Part shown: positions 59,025 to 64,000 of the stretch, piece after piece
Layout of the letters: each line of letters begins with the position of its first letter
Numbering within the stretch: the stretch's first letter is position 1
Source: Mytilus trossulus
Taxonomy: Eukaryota
Direction: 5' to 3'
DNA: 64,000 nucleotides
Assembly: GCF_036588685.1 (NCBI RefSeq)
Contig: NC_086382.1
Coordinates: 54,374,001 to 54,438,000, forward strand
Position numbers and translations under genes: made by a program
The notes under the pieces: generated by a model
Told to the model about the DNA's origin: nothing
Databases searched by the model: none
The model's input: only the letters and a program-made list of their open reading frames with translations

Positions 59025-62000
59025 AAATTAAAGCTTTTAAAATCAATAAAATGGTTTGCTTTCGAATGAACTATAAAAAAAAAAAAAGATATGGTATGAT
59101 TTCCAATGAGACAACTATCCACAAAAGACCAAAATGACACAGACATTAACAACTATAGGTCACCGTACGGCCTTCAACAATGACGATGTTAGTTTTGATA
59201 TATACTATAATCATATTTTAGAATAAGAAAATACTGTGACGTGCAGAACATGCTTCCATGTCGATGATGTCGTTCGTTGCTTTATCACAAGTATTATGAC
59301 ATAGCCCAACAATGGTCATCGTACTCCAACATCAGCATTATGGGCGTGTTAATTAATGTTTCTGGTTATTTTAGAGTTTTGATACTTTGGATAATGTGTT
59401 CTTTCTTTCAAAATTCTTGAATGGTAAAGTTCCATTGGTAATTTGGATCTTAATTACTAACATATGACATTAATTTAATAATCTTGTACACAAATGGTTG
59501 TATTTTACCGATATATTATCTTGTTTTCTCTTTTAAGGAAAGCAAAGGGTCGCCTGGTGCGCCTTCGACTGAATTCGTTCCTGTATGAATCCGGTCTGTT
59601 GCATTTTTCATGAAAATGAAGTACTAAATATGAGCATAGTTTCTTGAGTGAGCAATACAGTCGTTTAGAATATAGATATAAATGAAAAAGATACGTTCGG
59701 TATAATAAGTCAACCAACGAGACACAAATCAACCAACACCCATAACCAAAAAGAAAACTGCATCTGTTACTTAGAGACAGTGTCAGAAAAACTTTCAAAT
59801 TCGCAAAAAATATGTCTATCACACAGCTAACTTTTAAAACTATCTGAAAACCTTGCAACACATAAAATATAATGTTAAAACTTTTAATAAATTTTAAGTT
59901 CTACCAGTTAAATGGTGCGTGGTGTTGTCAACATGACCAGCATTACGTGTGTAGCAGGATAATATAACCCATTCAGAGCACCCCGGTTTTGGTGAATTTC
60001 GTGTTGATCATGCAGTCTTTAATTTTCTAGTTGATTTCTGTATTTGTTGTTTTTCTATTGACCGTTTTTTTGCCATATAATGTTTGACACATAAGATATC
60101 AGCCTGTTGTGTATTTCCAGTAGGCAGAAGCAGACGTCTCCAGTTTGTGTTTTCTCAACCATATCTCGAGACTTCATTTTCCCGCGTCGCAGAAGTTGAG
60201 ACTTCAAGTTTTTCAGAAATAAGACTACGTTTAATCGACCTATTTCCACAATGGACTTTCAACTATACATTTACATCTGAGTCATGTATATATAATACAT
60301 GATACCTAAAAAATACATGGGTCACCAAAAAGTGTAAGACACCAGACAAAATCAACTGAATAACATATAAAGCAACAGGACTAAATAAGTTAACGTAACT
60401 AGTAAAGTACTTAAAATGAAAATCAAGTCTTGCACAAATTTTTTAATCGTCATTGTTCACAAAATCAAAACCAACAGGAATATGAGGTATTAACAACAGG
60501 TGTTTTTAAAAAGGAGACACACACTCTGTGTTTTATTGGTCACTCTCACTTGAATGAAACTCTTGCAAATTGTAAGACTTCGAGTACATTCTTGCAACAA
60601 AAATAATGAAACACCTTGAATCAAACAACAGGGATCGAGAACATTTTATAGATCACGCGAACCACAGATCATGTTACTTCAGTGACTTCTTTATTAAGTC
60701 TGAGGTGTTTATAGTTGTCTCGTTGGCAAACTAACCATATCTTCTTTAGATGGAAAATTCTAGACACAAAACAGAATTCCACATTTGTGTATGACAACAG
60801 GCGAATTTCATACTATATATACTAGTAGACTGGTTTCAGTTAATTTTCTTAGTAATCAGTGGCAAATATTTCAATGAATGCAAATTAAGGACAAACAAAT
60901 AAACAGATAGAGGCTTTTTATGACGTTTTCAATTACTGACACGGTGGCATATAATACTTTTCTTTATTGATTTGTACATTTTACTGATTATTTCTGCTGC
61001 TAACATTTTATCTCTATTTATTATAGTTTTGAAGACAACCAACATTGAAGGGAAATGGTTCTTATATGGAATATAATTTGTGGATCTAATATTGCTCATA
61101 ATCTTTGCTGTGAGTGGTTGATTTTTATCAATTGCTTTTGAAAATCATAACCAAAAAGGGGTGCAAATCATCAGTTAAGAATAATTTCGGTTATAAGTAG
61201 TCAATTGACAATTTGTTGAGGTTACGTACTAGTTACTTAGTTGTAGATCTTATATTCCTGATCATTATTTGCTGTTTGCGATTTCTTTCTATCTAAGATA
61301 GATTGAAGAAGATCGCAACGACAAAAAATGGAAAACATTTACAGAACATGTAAATGTTATGTAACACATATAAGTTATCAAGGAGTCGATTGGCAATTCA
61401 GTTTGTTTGATTGTGTGGACCTTTGTTTGCTGATTAAATAAGCCTCCAACAAATTTTCTAATTTAAAGCTGGTTTATTTTTTAAGATATTTTCCCAAAAA
61501 TGTGGAAGCAGTGTAAGTGCAACAAATCCTATAAGGAAAAATCTGACATAACCAAGGCTTTCTAGTAGATGGATAAGGCTTATTTAGACACAGTTATGTT
61601 GAAATTAGTTTTGTGGTTTCAAAGATTTATATTCTGTAAAAACTACAGAAACAGATGCCATATAAAAATAGAGTACATTCATCGTTGAGCCGGAGGAGTT
61701 GACAAATCCTGTAGTCAGGTTATGCAAAACGAATAGACAATGACGAAGGAGCTGGAGAAAACGGAGAAATTTGGACTTTCAAAAGGAAAAGAAAATAATT
61801 TTAAAATGAATGCTTACACTACAATCTGTAAATATCCCTTATATTAATTCAATGATTCTTTAACGATCTGACAACACTGCATATATAAGAGGCACTAAAT
61901 ATTAGGACACTCAGCACTTTTGTTTGTCTGGACTGGTTTGAACCTTTATACGCATTTACTGCATATCCTTGTGAACACGGCCTCAACACACGAATTATTT

Positions 62001-63029
62001 ATATAGATGGAAGAAGCTTAGATGACCGTATTTCTATTTATAAGTCTGCCCATGTAGTAATTGATGTGCAGGATAAAAATAAGTGAAGAACTGAGTCTGA
62101 TATAAAATGTAAGGAAAATCCGTAAAAAAAAGTTCATAAAAGTTTATCAAGTATGGTTAAATGTTGGTTCCCTTGACACTATAAAGAGTAATCAACATTT
62201 GAATATCATCTTCTGGATTAATGTTTGGTTGCTGTTTGCTTAATGTCCAGTGGAAAATATTTCGTGCATATCAACAACAAAGGCCTTATAAGATCATGCA
62301 TATTTCTCTCATCTGGCAGGCTTTTTGATTTTTACTTCCAGGCATTTAGTGACGTTTGATATCTGGCTGATGATTTTTGAGGTTTTCAATCTAGCTTTCT
62401 TTTTCTGAAATCTTACAAATGATTGCTCAAAATGAGCAAAAATATTTAGTCTTAGATATAGGATTTTTTTTATTTGTTCATATTGGCTTAGAACTAACTG
62501 TCAGCAACTGTGAGTACTATCAGATCTGTACGTTGTTGTTCCAGATGAAGGATGGACATGAACCCTTCAATATCCAATCAGTGTTTTGTCAAATATTTTT
62601 CTTTTGTATCAATCTGATGAGTTTTTAAAAAAGAAGATGTGGTATGATTGCCTATGAGACAACTCTCCACAGGAGACAAAATGATACAGAAATTAACAAG
62701 TATATGTCACTGTATGGCCTTCAACAATGAGCAAAGCCTATACCCCATAGTCAGGTATAAAAGGCAGCGAAATGAAAATGTAAAACAATTCAAACAAGAA
62801 AGCTAACAGCCTTATTTATATAAAAAATTAACAAAAAAACAAATATGAAACATAAACAAATGACAACCACTGAAATACAGGCACCTGACCTGAGACAGGC
62901 ACATAAGTCTTTTCAACGATCTTTTATAGTGTGTTTTTATATTGTATAGTTACGCCACTTCCCAGGTAAGAGGAGGGTTTAGCACTCACAGGCAAACAGG
63001 TTTGATCTTTATTAGCCTGTCCATAGCCT

Positions 63030-63149
63030 CAGGGGCGGATCAAGCCATTCTAAAAAAGGGGGCTTCCAGCTATATGTCCCCATTCAAATGCATTGATCGG
63101 TCAAAAAAAAAGGGGGTTCCAACCCCCTTACCCCCTTGATCCACCAATG
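63030..63149. mobile_element. MITE CAGGGGCGGATC... with 5-bp TSD AGCCT
   Basis: AGCCT at 63025-63029 and 63150-63154. Confidence 0.75.
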
Positions 63150-63763
63150 AGCCTGTATCTCAGTGGCTGTCATTGGTTCTCATCTATCACATTTAATTTT
63201 TGTCAATGGTGAAATTAGGCCGTTAGTTTTCCCAAATTGAATTGTTCACATTTTTCATATCTGATCCTTTTAAAACCAAATATTCAAGATCATGGATTGC
63301 TCTGACTGTTTTTAACTTCTATACACTTAATCCATTTGATGCTGGATGTGTACTGATTGATAACTAAGTCTTAGATGCATGATTTTTTTTTAAAGTTGCT
63401 TAAGGCTTTGAACCATCTGTCAGTTACTGTACTGAGCATCTTTTGTGAATATTTCAGTAAATTTGCATAATTGTCTCATTGAAAATCATACCATATCTCC
63501 TTGTTCTTATATAAATAGTATTTTGTGTTTGGAGCCTTATGGATCATTAAAATAAATCCAGCATAGATAACTTTGGTTTTATATTCATATGCCAGACACA
63601 GAAGCAGGTTTGTTGTTTATTCGACTATAAAGAACCATTGCACAGCAGTTAAATACCCATTGTTCAAATCTCGATACCAGTTCTTGATCAGTCTTAGTAC
63701 CTGATGCATATGCATTGTACTGTCAAAAAAGTCCATATTTATGTAACACAAGAGTGCACACGC

Positions 63764-64000
63764 CAGAGGCGAATTTAGGGGGGGTCCCAGGGGGCCGGGG
63801 CCCCCCCTTTTTGGGAAAAAATTTGGTTGCTTATATAGGGAATCACTGAAGCGTGACTGGAGTGGGGCCCCCTCTTAGGCCAGCCAGTGGGCCCCCACTC
63901 AGGGGCGGATGCAGGAATTTTCGAAAGGGGGGGGTGCAAAACATATGTCCCGATACAAATGCATTGATCGGCAAAAATAAAGGGGGGGTGCGCACCCCCG
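63764..64000. mobile_element. Inverted copy of the 46436 MITE with a nested 63030-type MITE starting near 63900 (cut by window edge)
   Basis: Sequence similarity to both families. Confidence 0.75.

Noticed and set aside
60314-60670. Possible Tc1-like terminal sequence
   Set aside because: No matching opposite TIR or transposase found by eye.

Overview
AT-rich eukaryotic (metazoan) DNA. The interspersed repeats resemble those of bivalves such as Mytilus (inference from recall, no search run). Positions 616-45173 on the minus strand hold the 5' part of a divergent axonemal dynein heavy chain gene (outer-arm gamma, DNAH5/DNAH8-like). I traced 36 phase-consistent GT-AG exons, about 2,385 codons from the start codon into AAA1; the gene continues off the left edge. 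Its introns hold at least 8 additional frame-preserving candidate cassette or micro-exons, a complete young DIRS1-type tyrosine-recombinase retrotransposon (7876-13434), many MITE/HINE-type repeats, and tandem duplications of exon-end/splice-donor segments. Head-to-head on the plus strand lie two tandem-duplicated genes with intronless CDS encoding BTB-BACK proteins that end in a jacalin-like lectin domain instead of Kelch repeats. They are preceded by IRF-element-like motifs and followed by an intronless ankyrin-repeat/SOCS-box gene. The best candidates for something new are this cluster of putative cullin-ligase adaptors and the cassette-exon-rich, insertion-laden dynein.
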